From the IMG/VR virus record IMGVR_UViG_3300032295_000707, positions 2,700 to 66,699 of that record: DNA of 64,000 bases. The stretch is one strand, 5' to 3'. Within the stretch, counting starts at the first letter, position 1. Every line of letters begins with the position of its first letter. Under the pieces are notes generated by a model. The model saw only the letters and a program-made list of their open reading frames with translations. It had not been told where the DNA came from and searched no databases. This DNA is from a virus (Duplodnaviria; Caudoviricetes). A program made the position numbers and the translations under genes. Shown here one piece after another: positions 26,049 to 34,767 of the stretch.

Positions 26049-27044
26049 TTATTGTCTACGATCTGTAACAGATCGTGTATTTAGGTCACCAGTTTGGCCT
26101 GCTTTGTCGCCCTTGCCAGAACCCCATCCTTGACCTTCTGGAGCACCTTTCTTCTCAGCACCGTGGCCACCTGCAACTTTGTTTAGTGCATCGCCCTTGC
26201 CGAAGCTAGACTTACTGCTACCAGAGATGTTCTTTTCAACACCTTTAGTAAACTCGCCCTTCTTACCGCCAACTAGGCCTTCTCCGCCTCTAATACCAGC
26301 TTCTCCGCCTTTTTGGCCTAGAATGTTGTGTGCGCTAGCAGTAGTTGTTGGACGACCTTTAGGGTTTTGTAGTCCTACGCTCTTAGTGTTTGTACCACCA
26401 TCTTCTGATTTATAAGCGTTCTTGTCCCAGTCTTTGCCGATTTTTTCGACATATTCACGGGTCATTTCGCGACCTTCGAAAGGCATGCCGCCTTTTTCAT
26501 CGTCGCCTTCTTCATCGTCGGCTTCTTCGCCGTCGTCTTCACCATCATCTTCACTGTCGTCGCCGCCGAAGTCGCCGCCGAAGTCGCCGCCATCAGTGTC
26601 ACCTTGTTCGCCGGCCATTAGGGCTTCGAATTCAGCTTTCAATTCTTCTAATGCATCTTCTAGATCGTCGATGCGTTCTTCTGGGCTACCTTCGCCATCA
26701 AGGCCAAGCTCACCTTCTTCGTCGTCCATTGGGTCATCCATGCCGCCCATTGGATCATCCATACCGCCCATTGGGTCAGCAGATACATCACCGGCTAATG
26801 CATCAGATGCATCGCCACCGATTTCAAGAGTAGTTTCTTCATCTAGCTCTTCATCGTCTTCTTCTGCGGCTTCGTCCATTTCCTCATCGGCGGACTCATC
26901 CATTTCTTCTTGTGCTTCTTCAGCAATTAAATTTTCATAAATTTCTCTAGACTTTTCTACAACGATTTCGTGGAATAATTCATTCGCCTTATCCATTTCC
27001 TCGTTGACTAGAAAATCTAATAGTTGTTCAAACTTGTTAGACAT
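26049..27044 (-). CDS. Highly acidic prohead core-like protein, 331 aa
   Basis: D/E-rich N-terminal two-thirds, G/K-rich C-terminus; position between portal and protease like T4 gp67/gp68. Confidence 0.6.
   Translation of the reverse strand: MSNKFEQLLDFLVNEEMDKANELFHEIVVEKSREIYENLIAEEAQEEMDESADEEMDEAAEEDDEELDEETTLEIGGDASDALAGDVSADPMGGMDDPMGGMDDPMDDEEGELGLDGEGSPEERIDDLEDALEELKAEFEALMAGEQGDTDGGDFGGDFGGDDSEDDGEDDGEEADDEEGDDEKGGMPFEGREMTREYVEKIGKDWDKNAYKSEDGGTNTKSVGLQNPKGRPTTTASAHNILGQKGGEAGIRGGEGLVGGKKGEFTKGVEKNISGSSKSSFGKGDALNKVAGGHGAEKKGAPEGQGWGSGKGDKAGQTGDLNTRSVTDRRQ
26557..26780. repeat. Short coding tandem repeats in the acidic core gene: 12-nt (GGDF)x2-3 near 26560-26592 and 21-nt (DPMGGMD)x2-3 near 26722-26780
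   Basis: gtcgccgccgaa tandem and ccgcccatt(g/t)g(g/a)tca repeats seen directly. Confidence 0.7.
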
Positions 27045-27166
27045 TGCGGGTTCTCCTATGTTAGATTGGCAAGGCTGTCGATGTATTTACAGCCGAGATG
27101 ATATACTTATGTCAAATAGGTGAAAAAACCAGGTTTTTTGATATTCAACCAAAAAAAAACCGAGTC

Positions 27167-27412
27167 TTAAGCGACAGGAGCTTCCTCTGTAGGAGTTTTA
27201 TACATTATTTGTAAAAACTCCAAGTCTTCCTTTTGCTCTTTTTCACGGGCATCGCCACTCTTTCTTAAATCATTTAACATTCTAAGAGTCAAGCGAGTCT
27301 TTCTTAAGTCTTTAGACTTAATAACAGAAGTATCGTTAAAAGGATCGTACCTATCATTAGACTGTAGGTTTGAACTTTCTGCGTTAAAATAAATGAATTC
27401 GTTTAGTAGCAT
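27167..27412 (-). CDS. Small head-module protein, 81 aa
   Basis: ORF between portal and acidic core gene; perfect TATAAATA 6 nt upstream; RKTRLTLRMLNDLRK basic helix. Confidence 0.65.
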   Translation of the reverse strand: MLLNEFIYFNAESSNLQSNDRYDPFNDTSVIKSKDLRKTRLTLRMLNDLRKSGDAREKEQKEDLEFLQIMYKTPTEEAPVA

Positions 27413-27417
27413 AATAA

Positions 27418-27425
27418 TATTTATA
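27418..27425 (-). promoter_or_regulatory. T4-type late promoter TATAAATA
   Basis: Exact T4 late consensus overlapping the portal stop codon; a gp55-like gene is present in the window. Confidence 0.7.
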
Positions 27426-29136
27426 CTGGAGCTGCCGGTGCAGGGCCTTGGGCACCGGGCATTGCTTCACCGCCAGCAGCCTCGGGGCCGCCTTCCATAC
27501 CTTCTGGAGAAGGTTGTGATCCAGCTAATTCTTCAGCATCGGTTTGCATGCCGTCAGCAGTAATGCCTGCGCCTCTTAATTCTGATCCTGCAGGTAATCC
27601 GTTTTTGGCCATGCCGTTTTCTTGACGCCACATTAATTCGTTTTCCGCCATTTCTTCTGCTGTTAAGCCTAAGAATCGTTTCATAGAGAATCGTTTACTC
27701 AAATAAGGTACTTCTGCAAGTGTTGTATATGTGCTAACACGGGCAGTATCCATTTCAGCTTGACGATAACTTGCAAAGTTTTGTGGTGGATTAAACTTTA
27801 AATCAAAGATATTTGGATCAAAGTTAATACCTTTAACTTTCATGTACAGTTTAAATTCTGTATCAAATTGCTCGTTAATTAAACTTTGTAATCGTTCACA
27901 GTACTTGTTAAATCGTAGTTCTTGAATGTAGGCTGTTCCAACTCGACCATCATTAAAGCTAGATCCTCCATCGTCAGGCCCTGTAGGAAGATAACTTGAA
28001 GGTATGCGTAGAGCACGAAACAGCTTATTAGTAAAATATCTAAGATCATCAATTTCTCCTAAGTTTGTGCCGCCTGGTAGAATTTCAACTTTAGATCCGC
28101 GACCTTCACTTGTCTGCGGAAAGAAGTAGTCTTCGTTAATGCTTAATGGATTGTAACTACTGTCAACAACTGTTTGTCCGCCACCTGATACGCTAGGAAT
28201 TCTGCGTTGATTAACTTCGTTTTTAACTCGTTCTACGAAACTCATAGCTAAGTGACTAGGCATATTACCTACATCAATGTAGAATACTCTACGCTCAGGT
28301 GCTCTTTGTACACGATAGATAATAATCGCATCTTCTAAAAGTTCTTTTTGTTTATAAACTTTAAAAATTGGTTCTAATAGACTGTTTCCAAAAGGAAAAT
28401 TGTTGTCTAATCCTTCGCTCATTGACAAATGAATTACATGAGCAGCATCGATTGCGGCTTGATTTTGATTGATTGTAAATCTAGATCCTTGGTTGCCTGG
28501 GCTATAAGAACCAGTCATACCTTTTTGCTGTGCTCCTGCGGTCATAAAGTTGCCACCGCCACTACCTCCACCTGAGTTAGTTGGGTTAATTGCAGTTACA
28601 GCAAGCGTTTGGAAGTTGATATTTAAATCACGGATAACATACTGTTCAGGCTTCTTGCCATCGCTTTCGTTGACAATAATTTTATCTACTTTGCTAGGGT
28701 CAATGTAAAACCAAGATTGTGTTTCGGGATCTCTAATAAAGAAACTATCGCCGTATTTGAAAGCATTACGAACAATTTTAAAGATTCTCGGAGTAAACTT
28801 GTTTAACTTAGTCCACTGCTGTAGATACTTTTTAATGATTTTAATTTCTGTACTTGTAGCTTGCTCTTTGAAAAAGATTTGAAAAGGTGTTCCGTTTTCA
28901 TCGTTTTCTTGTGTGCAGAATTCTGCAAGGATGTCTAAGGCAGCATTAACTTCACTGTCGTTGTCCATCGTATCGTACTGACCATATCGTTCTAAACGGT
29001 TAGGATGTCCAGAATATACATCTGGAAGGTAACTGCTATAGTTTGATTTTGACCCAGTTGGCATCTGAGAGTTACCACTAATGGTACTCAGTTGTCCAGA
29101 TGTATTAACGGGTATAAAGTATTTTTTCCAAGACAT
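27421..29136 (-). CDS. gp20: Portal vertex protein (T4 gp20 family), 571 aa
   Basis: EDAIIIYRVQRAPERRVFYIDVGNMP, EDYFFPQTSEGRGSKVEILPGG, YFTNKLFRALRIPSSYL motifs. Confidence 0.95.
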   Translation of the reverse strand: MSWKKYFIPVNTSGQLSTISGNSQMPTGSKSNYSSYLPDVYSGHPNRLERYGQYDTMDNDSEVNAALDILAEFCTQENDENGTPFQIFFKEQATSTEIKIIKKYLQQWTKLNKFTPRIFKIVRNAFKYGDSFFIRDPETQSWFYIDPSKVDKIIVNESDGKKPEQYVIRDLNINFQTLAVTAINPTNSGGGSGGGNFMTAGAQQKGMTGSYSPGNQGSRFTINQNQAAIDAAHVIHLSMSEGLDNNFPFGNSLLEPIFKVYKQKELLEDAIIIYRVQRAPERRVFYIDVGNMPSHLAMSFVERVKNEVNQRRIPSVSGGGQTVVDSSYNPLSINEDYFFPQTSEGRGSKVEILPGGTNLGEIDDLRYFTNKLFRALRIPSSYLPTGPDDGGSSFNDGRVGTAYIQELRFNKYCERLQSLINEQFDTEFKLYMKVKGINFDPNIFDLKFNPPQNFASYRQAEMDTARVSTYTTLAEVPYLSKRFSMKRFLGLTAEEMAENELMWRQENGMAKNGLPAGSELRGAGITADGMQTDAEELAGSQPSPEGMEGGPEAAGGEAMPGAQGPAPAAPV

Positions 29137-29138
29137 AA

Positions 29139-31709
29139 TTATATATATAAGTTACCTGATAGAGATTTGAAATTGGAAACCAAATCTCTCGATTCCCCGT
29201 GGGTTAGTTTCATATATCGCAACATCTCAGTAGTTTGTTTATTTAATGTTTGCAGTTCTTTTAACAAATTATCTGAAGCTCCTGCTTGAGCATTTCCAGC
29301 TCCTGCTCCACCAACAGGAAGTCCTAAACTTTTTGCCATATCTCCAAACATGCTAGAAATATCCGTACCTTTTGATGCTCCTGCTTGAGCATTTGCGGCA
29401 TCGCCCATTGCGCCGCCTGCACCTGATAATAGACTACCAAAATCCGGAAGTTGTGTCTTGTTAGCTTTTAGATTGTCCATTGGTACAACTGCTTCGTGAC
29501 CGTGTAGCTGTACCATATACCCTTCTTCGGGACCTTTAAATATACCGCCCTTAGATGCACCTAGTCCTCCTGTGGCACTATAATCAACTAAGTCTGCTTG
29601 CTGAGATGTTCCTTTGGCAGCTTCTGCTGCGGCTTCTCCTTGAGCTCTTGCTGTTGTGGCATTTCCTTGAGCTACTGCCGCAGCCTTCATTGCATTTTCA
29701 TTTTTAGAAAGATCTAATATTTCTTGTTTTTTCTTCAGCGTAGCTTGTGCTTCGTCTAATTGTTTTTGTTGTTCACTATCAAGTTTAGTGCCACCTTTCT
29801 TAAGGTCTTCTAACTTTTTAATATCTGCTTCTGCTTTGGCTTTCTCACCTTCTATTTTAGCTCGTTCTTTTTCGTCTTTAGATACTTTTAATGCTTCTAG
29901 CTTTTTGCTGTTGTCCATTTCAATTTGGGCAGCTTCGGCTTTCTTATCGTACGATTGTTTTTCTAAATCTAATTTATCTTTGTCAGCTTTGGCATCGGCA
30001 TCACTGTATAGAAGTTTAGGCAATAATGCTTTTTTAACTTCAATCATCATTAATTTTAGATAGTAAGTTAAATCGTTTACAATTTTTGCGCGGCCGTCTT
30101 CAGAAAACATATTCTTAACAAATTTAGTAGCAAACTCTGCAACATCAGTTAATGCCTTCTTAATTGCGGGCATGTTGTCTTTGACAAATCCCATAAATGA
30201 TTGAGCCATATCTTGCATTAGAGGTATAATAGCAGCCAATGCAGGCTGTAGCATACCGTAAATCATTGCGCCCATATCTTTAAATGCTTTCTCAGCTTCA
30301 GCGGCGCGGCCTGCTGCTGACTCTGCAAGTTTATTTTGTTGTTCTTCTATCTTCTTACGAGCTGCTGTTGCTTGCTCAACAGTCTCTGTTCCTGCGGCAT
30401 GTGCTTGCGAAGCGGCTCTAGCTTGAGCGTTTGCTACATCTCCAGCTGCTCCACCTGAACGAGCAAGTGCTGCGTTTAATGTTCCGCGCTCTTTGTGTTC
30501 TTTTGCTAGTCCAACTGTTAACGCATCACCGGCTTTCTTTTGGTCCTCAGCAGTTTTAGTGCTGTCTTTGACATTGTTTGCCAGAGTATTAACTGCATCA
30601 GCACCTGCTTTTGATTGAGCAACAAACTGTTGACCAGCTTCAGTCATTGGCGGCAAGCCTTGAACTTGATCTTTAAATGCTTGGGCAGCACCTTTGCCGC
30701 CTCGAGCTAAAGATTCTTTCAATCCTTCCATTGCTTTTTCTCTACTCTTTTCATCTAAAGTAGATAGATATGATTGGAATTGTGCTTCTTGAGCTTCTTC
30801 AGCCATTTTAGCTTCGAGTGCTTCTTTACTTTCTCCAGTTAGCTGACTAAGTGCATCTAAACTTTTCATGTAGCGGCCAGCGGATTCTGCAATAGCACTA
30901 GTATTTTTTAATTCTTCTTTGCTTCTAGCGCCAGTCATCTTAATGTAACTGCCTAGTCCAGCGGCTGCTTCTTCACCTGTAATGCCCATTCCTCTTAGTT
31001 GCTCGCCCATCGGGCTTTCTCTAAGTTGTTTAGCAATCTTGTTAAACGCCATAGCACCGTCATTGGTACTGCCGCCTAACATAACAAGAGCTGATTGATT
31101 CTTTTTAATTACTCCGGCATACTCGTCCATTGTCATACCAAGACCAAGTGCAGTTGATCTAATTTCGTTTAACGATCCGCCAAAGTTAACACCTGCTTTA
31201 GTTAAGTCTCGATAAGTCTTAAGTTCAGCTTCTTGCATTTTAGCTATCTTTTCAAATAGCCCTGCTACTGCTCCTAGTCCAAATGGTAAGTCTTTTAATG
31301 CTCCAAAAAACCCGCTTAGTCCTCCAGTGCCGTCCATCAACTGCCCGGCAAAATCTGTTAAGTTACCAATAGTTTTTAAACCACTAGCAACTAAGTCTCC
31401 TAAAACTCCACCTAATAATCCTGCTACCTTGGCTAACGGACCCATAGCGGCTGCAAGTGCTCCGCCAGCTTTTGATGCCAGACCAGATGACTTACCTAAA
31501 TTATTATTTGCGGCTGCGGCTGCTTGAGCTGCTGCTGCGCCTGGACCTGTGCCTCCTCCGCCTGCACCACCTGGTGGTGATTTCATTGCCTGACCTAAGA
31601 CTTGAGTCTGACGGTTCATAGCAGCCAATATCTGTCGTAAGGTTGCCTCCGTAGCAGCGTTGTCTAGTTCTACTGGTTGCCCGCCTATCGATCCTGTTAC
31701 TTCAGCCAT
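29139..31709 (-). CDS. Tape-measure-like tail protein, ~856 aa (likely start MAEVTG at 31709, not 31760)
   Basis: Long Ala/Gly-rich helical protein; NAATEATL N-terminal and GPEEGYMVQLHGHEAVVP C-terminal motifs; TAAATA upstream at 31764-31770. Confidence 0.6.
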   Translation of the reverse strand: MAEVTGSIGGQPVELDNAATEATLRQILAAMNRQTQVLGQAMKSPPGGAGGGGTGPGAAAAQAAAAANNNLGKSSGLASKAGGALAAAMGPLAKVAGLLGGVLGDLVASGLKTIGNLTDFAGQLMDGTGGLSGFFGALKDLPFGLGAVAGLFEKIAKMQEAELKTYRDLTKAGVNFGGSLNEIRSTALGLGMTMDEYAGVIKKNQSALVMLGGSTNDGAMAFNKIAKQLRESPMGEQLRGMGITGEEAAAGLGSYIKMTGARSKEELKNTSAIAESAGRYMKSLDALSQLTGESKEALEAKMAEEAQEAQFQSYLSTLDEKSREKAMEGLKESLARGGKGAAQAFKDQVQGLPPMTEAGQQFVAQSKAGADAVNTLANNVKDSTKTAEDQKKAGDALTVGLAKEHKERGTLNAALARSGGAAGDVANAQARAASQAHAAGTETVEQATAARKKIEEQQNKLAESAAGRAAEAEKAFKDMGAMIYGMLQPALAAIIPLMQDMAQSFMGFVKDNMPAIKKALTDVAEFATKFVKNMFSEDGRAKIVNDLTYYLKLMMIEVKKALLPKLLYSDADAKADKDKLDLEKQSYDKKAEAAQIEMDNSKKLEALKVSKDEKERAKIEGEKAKAEADIKKLEDLKKGGTKLDSEQQKQLDEAQATLKKKQEILDLSKNENAMKAAAVAQGNATTARAQGEAAAEAAKGTSQQADLVDYSATGGLGASKGGIFKGPEEGYMVQLHGHEAVVPMDNLKANKTQLPDFGSLLSGAGGAMGDAANAQAGASKGTDISSMFGDMAKSLGLPVGGAGAGNAQAGASDNLLKELQTLNKQTTEMLRYMKLTHGESRDLVSNFKSLSGNLYI

Positions 31710-31784
31710 TGGTATTTTTCCGTCATTCTGTGCGTATATAAATAAAAACGCAATATCCAAGTTTATTTATCGGAGAACAAACAC

Positions 31785-32651
31785 ATGATTCCTACCCAAA
31801 AAGCAGCCCATAATCCTTTAGCCAATTTTATGAGGCAACCTAAGATCTATATCAAGATCCCTAGTGGAGGAGAGTTTTGGCCAACGGGCAGTATTGACAT
31901 TCCTGAAAACGGAGAGTTTCCAGTTTACTCAATGACTGCCAAAGACGAACTAATGTTAAAAGTTCCCGATGCTTTAATGAACGGGCAAGCCGTAGTCGAA
32001 GTTATTCAGCACTGTATGCCTAACATTAAAAATGCTTGGTTTGTTCCTAACTTAGACTTAGATGTTATTTTAATTGCTATTCGTATTGCTACCTATGGTG
32101 AAATAATGACATTGCCTGTTAACCTAGGCGAAGATAAAGAATTTGAGTATCAGTTAAACTTGAACATATTGCTAGACCAATTACAATCTAAAATTGTTTG
32201 GGAAACTGCGGTTCCTATTAGCTCTGAGTTAACAATTCATGTTAAACCTATTAACTATAAAGTAATGACTGAAAGTGCATTGAAAACTTTTGAAACACAA
32301 AAACTTCTAGAAACTGCATCTAGTGCAATGGCAGAAGAAGATAAATTAAAAACTTTTAATGAGAGCTTTCAAAAGTTAAACGATATTACAATTGGTATTG
32401 TAAATCAATCTGTGTACGCTATTGAAACAAGTGACGGTGCAACGGATAATGCCAAGCATATCAAAGAGTTTATGGAAAATGCTGATAAAGACATCTTCGA
32501 TGCAGTCAGGAATCACATCGACGAGCTTAGAAAGCACAACAGCCTAGGCCCAATGACGATTGAAGTAACTCCAGAAATGAAAGAGCAAGGTATCGAAGCT
32601 GAGAAGATTGAAGTACCGTTAGTATTTGATCCTACAGTTTTTTTCGCATAA
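31785..32651 (+). CDS. Baseplate hub assembly protein (T4 gp26-like), 288 aa
   Basis: NPLANFMRQPKIYIKIPSGG, PVYSMTAKDELMLKVPDALMNG, DLDVILIAIRIATYG motifs; GGAG SD. Confidence 0.7.
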   Translation: MIPTQKAAHNPLANFMRQPKIYIKIPSGGEFWPTGSIDIPENGEFPVYSMTAKDELMLKVPDALMNGQAVVEVIQHCMPNIKNAWFVPNLDLDVILIAIRIATYGEIMTLPVNLGEDKEFEYQLNLNILLDQLQSKIVWETAVPISSELTIHVKPINYKVMTESALKTFETQKLLETASSAMAEEDKLKTFNESFQKLNDITIGIVNQSVYAIETSDGATDNAKHIKEFMENADKDIFDAVRNHIDELRKHNSLGPMTIEVTPEMKEQGIEAEKIEVPLVFDPTVFFA

Positions 32652-32656
32652 GGCTT

Positions 32657-32875
32657 TTGTCTCTAGCAATTGAAGACATCATCGAACTCTCCAAAAAAAT
32701 GGAGCACGAGACAAAAGCCATTAAGGATGAACTGTTTAGATGTTGCTGGTATATGCGTGGATCTCTACAGCTAGCTGATGCTTACGAGTTGCCGTTGGAA
32801 GACAGACAAATCATTAGTAAGATAGTCTCGGATAATTTTGAGACTACTAAAAAGACAAACTTACCGTTCTTTTAA
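32657..32875 (+). CDS. Small baseplate hub assembly protein (gp51-like position), 72 aa, TTG start
   Basis: CWYMRGSL...AYEL..EDRQII motif; follows the gp26-like gene. Confidence 0.5.
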   Translation: MSLAIEDIIELSKKMEHETKAIKDELFRCCWYMRGSLQLADAYELPLEDRQIISKIVSDNFETTKKTNLPFF

Positions 32876-33966
32876 AGCTTCTGACCTAAGAAGTTGCTGT
32901 AGAAGTCAATACTTTCGCGTTGTAGTTTTTTCATCGAAGTACTACCGTCTGGATTTGTAACTAACTTGTTTTGACTTCCGCCTACATAATCTTTAAATCC
33001 AGATCCAGTCTGGCTAGCAGTTGTTTGGCCGGCTGCTCGCTTACCTTGTAACTTAGCCTTCATAGCATCTTGCTGTGCTTGAGTCATCTTACCACCTGTT
33101 TGTGGTGCAGGTGCTGTGCCAGTTGGAGCAGCAGTTGGCGCTGGCTGTTGTTGGGTAGCTTGAACGCCGCTTGGATCTTTACCGGCTGCAACATCTGCCA
33201 TTTGTTGTTTAAATTCAGGAGAGTTAGTTACTTGTTCTGCTTCTTCAGGACTTGTAAATTTTTGTCCTGTTACTGAATTAAACTTAGGAAGCCCTGCTGG
33301 CCATTGAGCAGGCGCATTAGTTGCAGGAGGTGTTCCAATTGAAGCAGCTTTATCTACTTCTGCTTTGAAAGCTGGATCACTTGTATATCGAGGATCTTTC
33401 ATTGCTTCTTCAGGTGTCTTACCTGATACTGGGTCAGTAGCTGGCGCAGTGCCTGCTGGTGCAGAAGCTGGTTGTTTATTTGATTGTTCTATTTGATCTG
33501 CTTGTTTATTAAGATCGGCAGCTTGTTGTCTAAGTGCAGCAGGATCAGCGCCTGCAGGCTGAGCACCTCCAGTTGCGGCTGGAGCAGGTGCGCTTCCACT
33601 TGCTGGTGCTTGTTTTGGATCCCAACTAGCTTTTCCTTGAGCATATCCTGCTTTAGCATCAGACCATGCATTTTTTAAACCTCTACCGGCAGCTTTAGTA
33701 GCACCAACAACATTACCCGCAGCTTTACCTAAAAAAGATCCAACGCCTTCCTGTAAACATCTGTTGTTATAAGAAATTAGCATTTCTGAAATAAAAGACT
33801 CTGTAAAGATTCTTCCAGCTTGATTAACGCCTAAATCTTTGACAGCTATCTTTATAGATTCATCACATAGTTGCTTAATAGTTCTAATACCTAAAGGTAA
33901 TTGATCTGCTAATTTTTGATGATAAGCAGTATATTGTGATTCGACAATAAGGTCAGTAATTTTCAT
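32872..33966 (-). CDS. Low-complexity Pro/Ala/Gln-rich late protein, 364 aa (candidate internal head protein)
   Basis: Own TATAAATA promoter (34023-34030) and AGGA SD; MKITDLIVE N-terminus; PAxAAPA linkers. Confidence 0.6.
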   Translation of the reverse strand: MKITDLIVESQYTAYHQKLADQLPLGIRTIKQLCDESIKIAVKDLGVNQAGRIFTESFISEMLISYNNRCLQEGVGSFLGKAAGNVVGATKAAGRGLKNAWSDAKAGYAQGKASWDPKQAPASGSAPAPAATGGAQPAGADPAALRQQAADLNKQADQIEQSNKQPASAPAGTAPATDPVSGKTPEEAMKDPRYTSDPAFKAEVDKAASIGTPPATNAPAQWPAGLPKFNSVTGQKFTSPEEAEQVTNSPEFKQQMADVAAGKDPSGVQATQQQPAPTAAPTGTAPAPQTGGKMTQAQQDAMKAKLQGKRAAGQTTASQTGSGFKDYVGGSQNKLVTNPDGSTSMKKLQRESIDFYSNFLGQKL

Positions 33967-34022
33967 ATTAGATAAGTCCTATTTTTAAATATGATGAAAC
34001 TAAGTTTCAGAAGCATTTGTTT

Positions 34023-34030
34023 TATTTATA
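34023..34030 (-). promoter_or_regulatory. T4-type late promoter TATAAATA
   Basis: Exact consensus 57 nt upstream of the 364-aa gene, abutting a GNRA-loop hairpin. Confidence 0.7.
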
Positions 34031-34104
34031 ATGAGCTTACGCTCATTTGCTTCTTCGTTAACACTCGAAGCATTTTAGTTAGTAGAGATTAACGCGAAGC
34101 GTTT

Positions 34105-34488
34105 AAATTCATGTAGATTGCTTCGGTCAGACGGAACCGTTTTGCTGCGGTTCCATCTTTTGTCTTCATGTGAGTTGCACACAGCCGAGACATTGGAAGT
34201 AGGTATTTTTTATTCACCGTAAGCTAATGGGCTCTGATCTTTCCCAACCTACATCGACTCGCATAATGCGTCTTAGACCTCGTTCCTAGTGTCTAAGTTT
34301 TCTTAGCCGGTGATTTCGTATGCTAACATTCATACTATAACAATGCGTTGGGCGTATGGTTCGTACCCTCAGACTCGCTTCCAATTTTTCAGGATAGTCA
34401 GATTTACTGACGGGAGTGCATCATCATGTTGCGTGTCCGGTTATTCCCCGGTTTTTCCACAGCGGTATTATAAACTGGCCCGCTAACC
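34105..34488 (-). ncRNA. Candidate large structured non-coding RNA (~380 nt), family not recognised
   Basis: No ORF >=60 aa in an otherwise fully coding genome; GC higher than flanks; multiple helices by eye, e.g. ATGTAGGTTG(34253-34244)/CAATCTACAT(34120-34111), ATGGAACCG/CGGTTCCGT, CTTAGAC/GTCTAAG, GTCAG/CTGAC, GTATG/CATAC, AGCGG/CCGCT; G-U pairs favour the minus strand. Confidence 0.55.
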
Positions 34489-34767
34489 TTAGGTGTTAGG
34501 TGATATATAGCCCTTAGGAAGCCAAGAAACAAACATGCCCTTGCCTTTTTTATTCTTGCAAGTATTGCAGACTACTTTGCCTGCATGTGGTCCTGTAGGT
34601 TCGTTAATGATTTCCCAATCATGGTCTTTATGGATGCCTAAATTTTGCTTGAGATTGTCTCTTTGAGTATGCCATGCTTTGTCAAAACCGTTTTTAGGAT
34701 TTGTATAATATTCTGTGTTTAATACACTTGTTTTATTACTAGGTCTTTCCCAATTAAGTTTTGTCAT
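34489..34767 (-). CDS. Small hypothetical protein with H...CxxC motif, 92 aa
   Basis: ATGA overlap with the GIY-YIG gene (translational coupling); GPHAGKVVCNTC...FVSWL. Confidence 0.65.
   Translation of the reverse strand: MTKLNWERPSNKTSVLNTEYYTNPKNGFDKAWHTQRDNLKQNLGIHKDHDWEIINEPTGPHAGKVVCNTCKNKKGKGMFVSWLPKGYISPNT

Noticed and set aside
26179-26940. Plus-strand ORFs of 78, 147 and 172 aa (poly-Ser, Arg/His-rich)
   Set aside because: Antisense shadows of the Asp/Glu/Gly-rich core gene; no SD or promoter support
27110-27115. Perfect sigma70 -35 hexamer TTGACA on the minus strand upstream of the core gene
   Set aside because: No acceptable -10 at 16-18 nt spacing; the TAAATA late core explains the site better
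31710-31760. Longer ORF-track starts for the tape-measure-like gene (31760), the spike gene (46559) and the 105-aa ORF (35709)
   Set aside because: Downstream ATGs (31709, 46574, 35682) fit better with promoter position, SD or stop-start coupling and avoid overlaps
34105-34488. Assignment of the structured region as RNase P RNA, tmRNA, group I intron or tRNA cluster
   Set aside because: GGGAAAGATCAGAGCCC loosely resembles RNase P CR-I and group I R elements, but I could not find the matching partner strands (CR-V, S/P7), a tmRNA acceptor stem with CCA, cloverleafs or flanking exons; left unassigned
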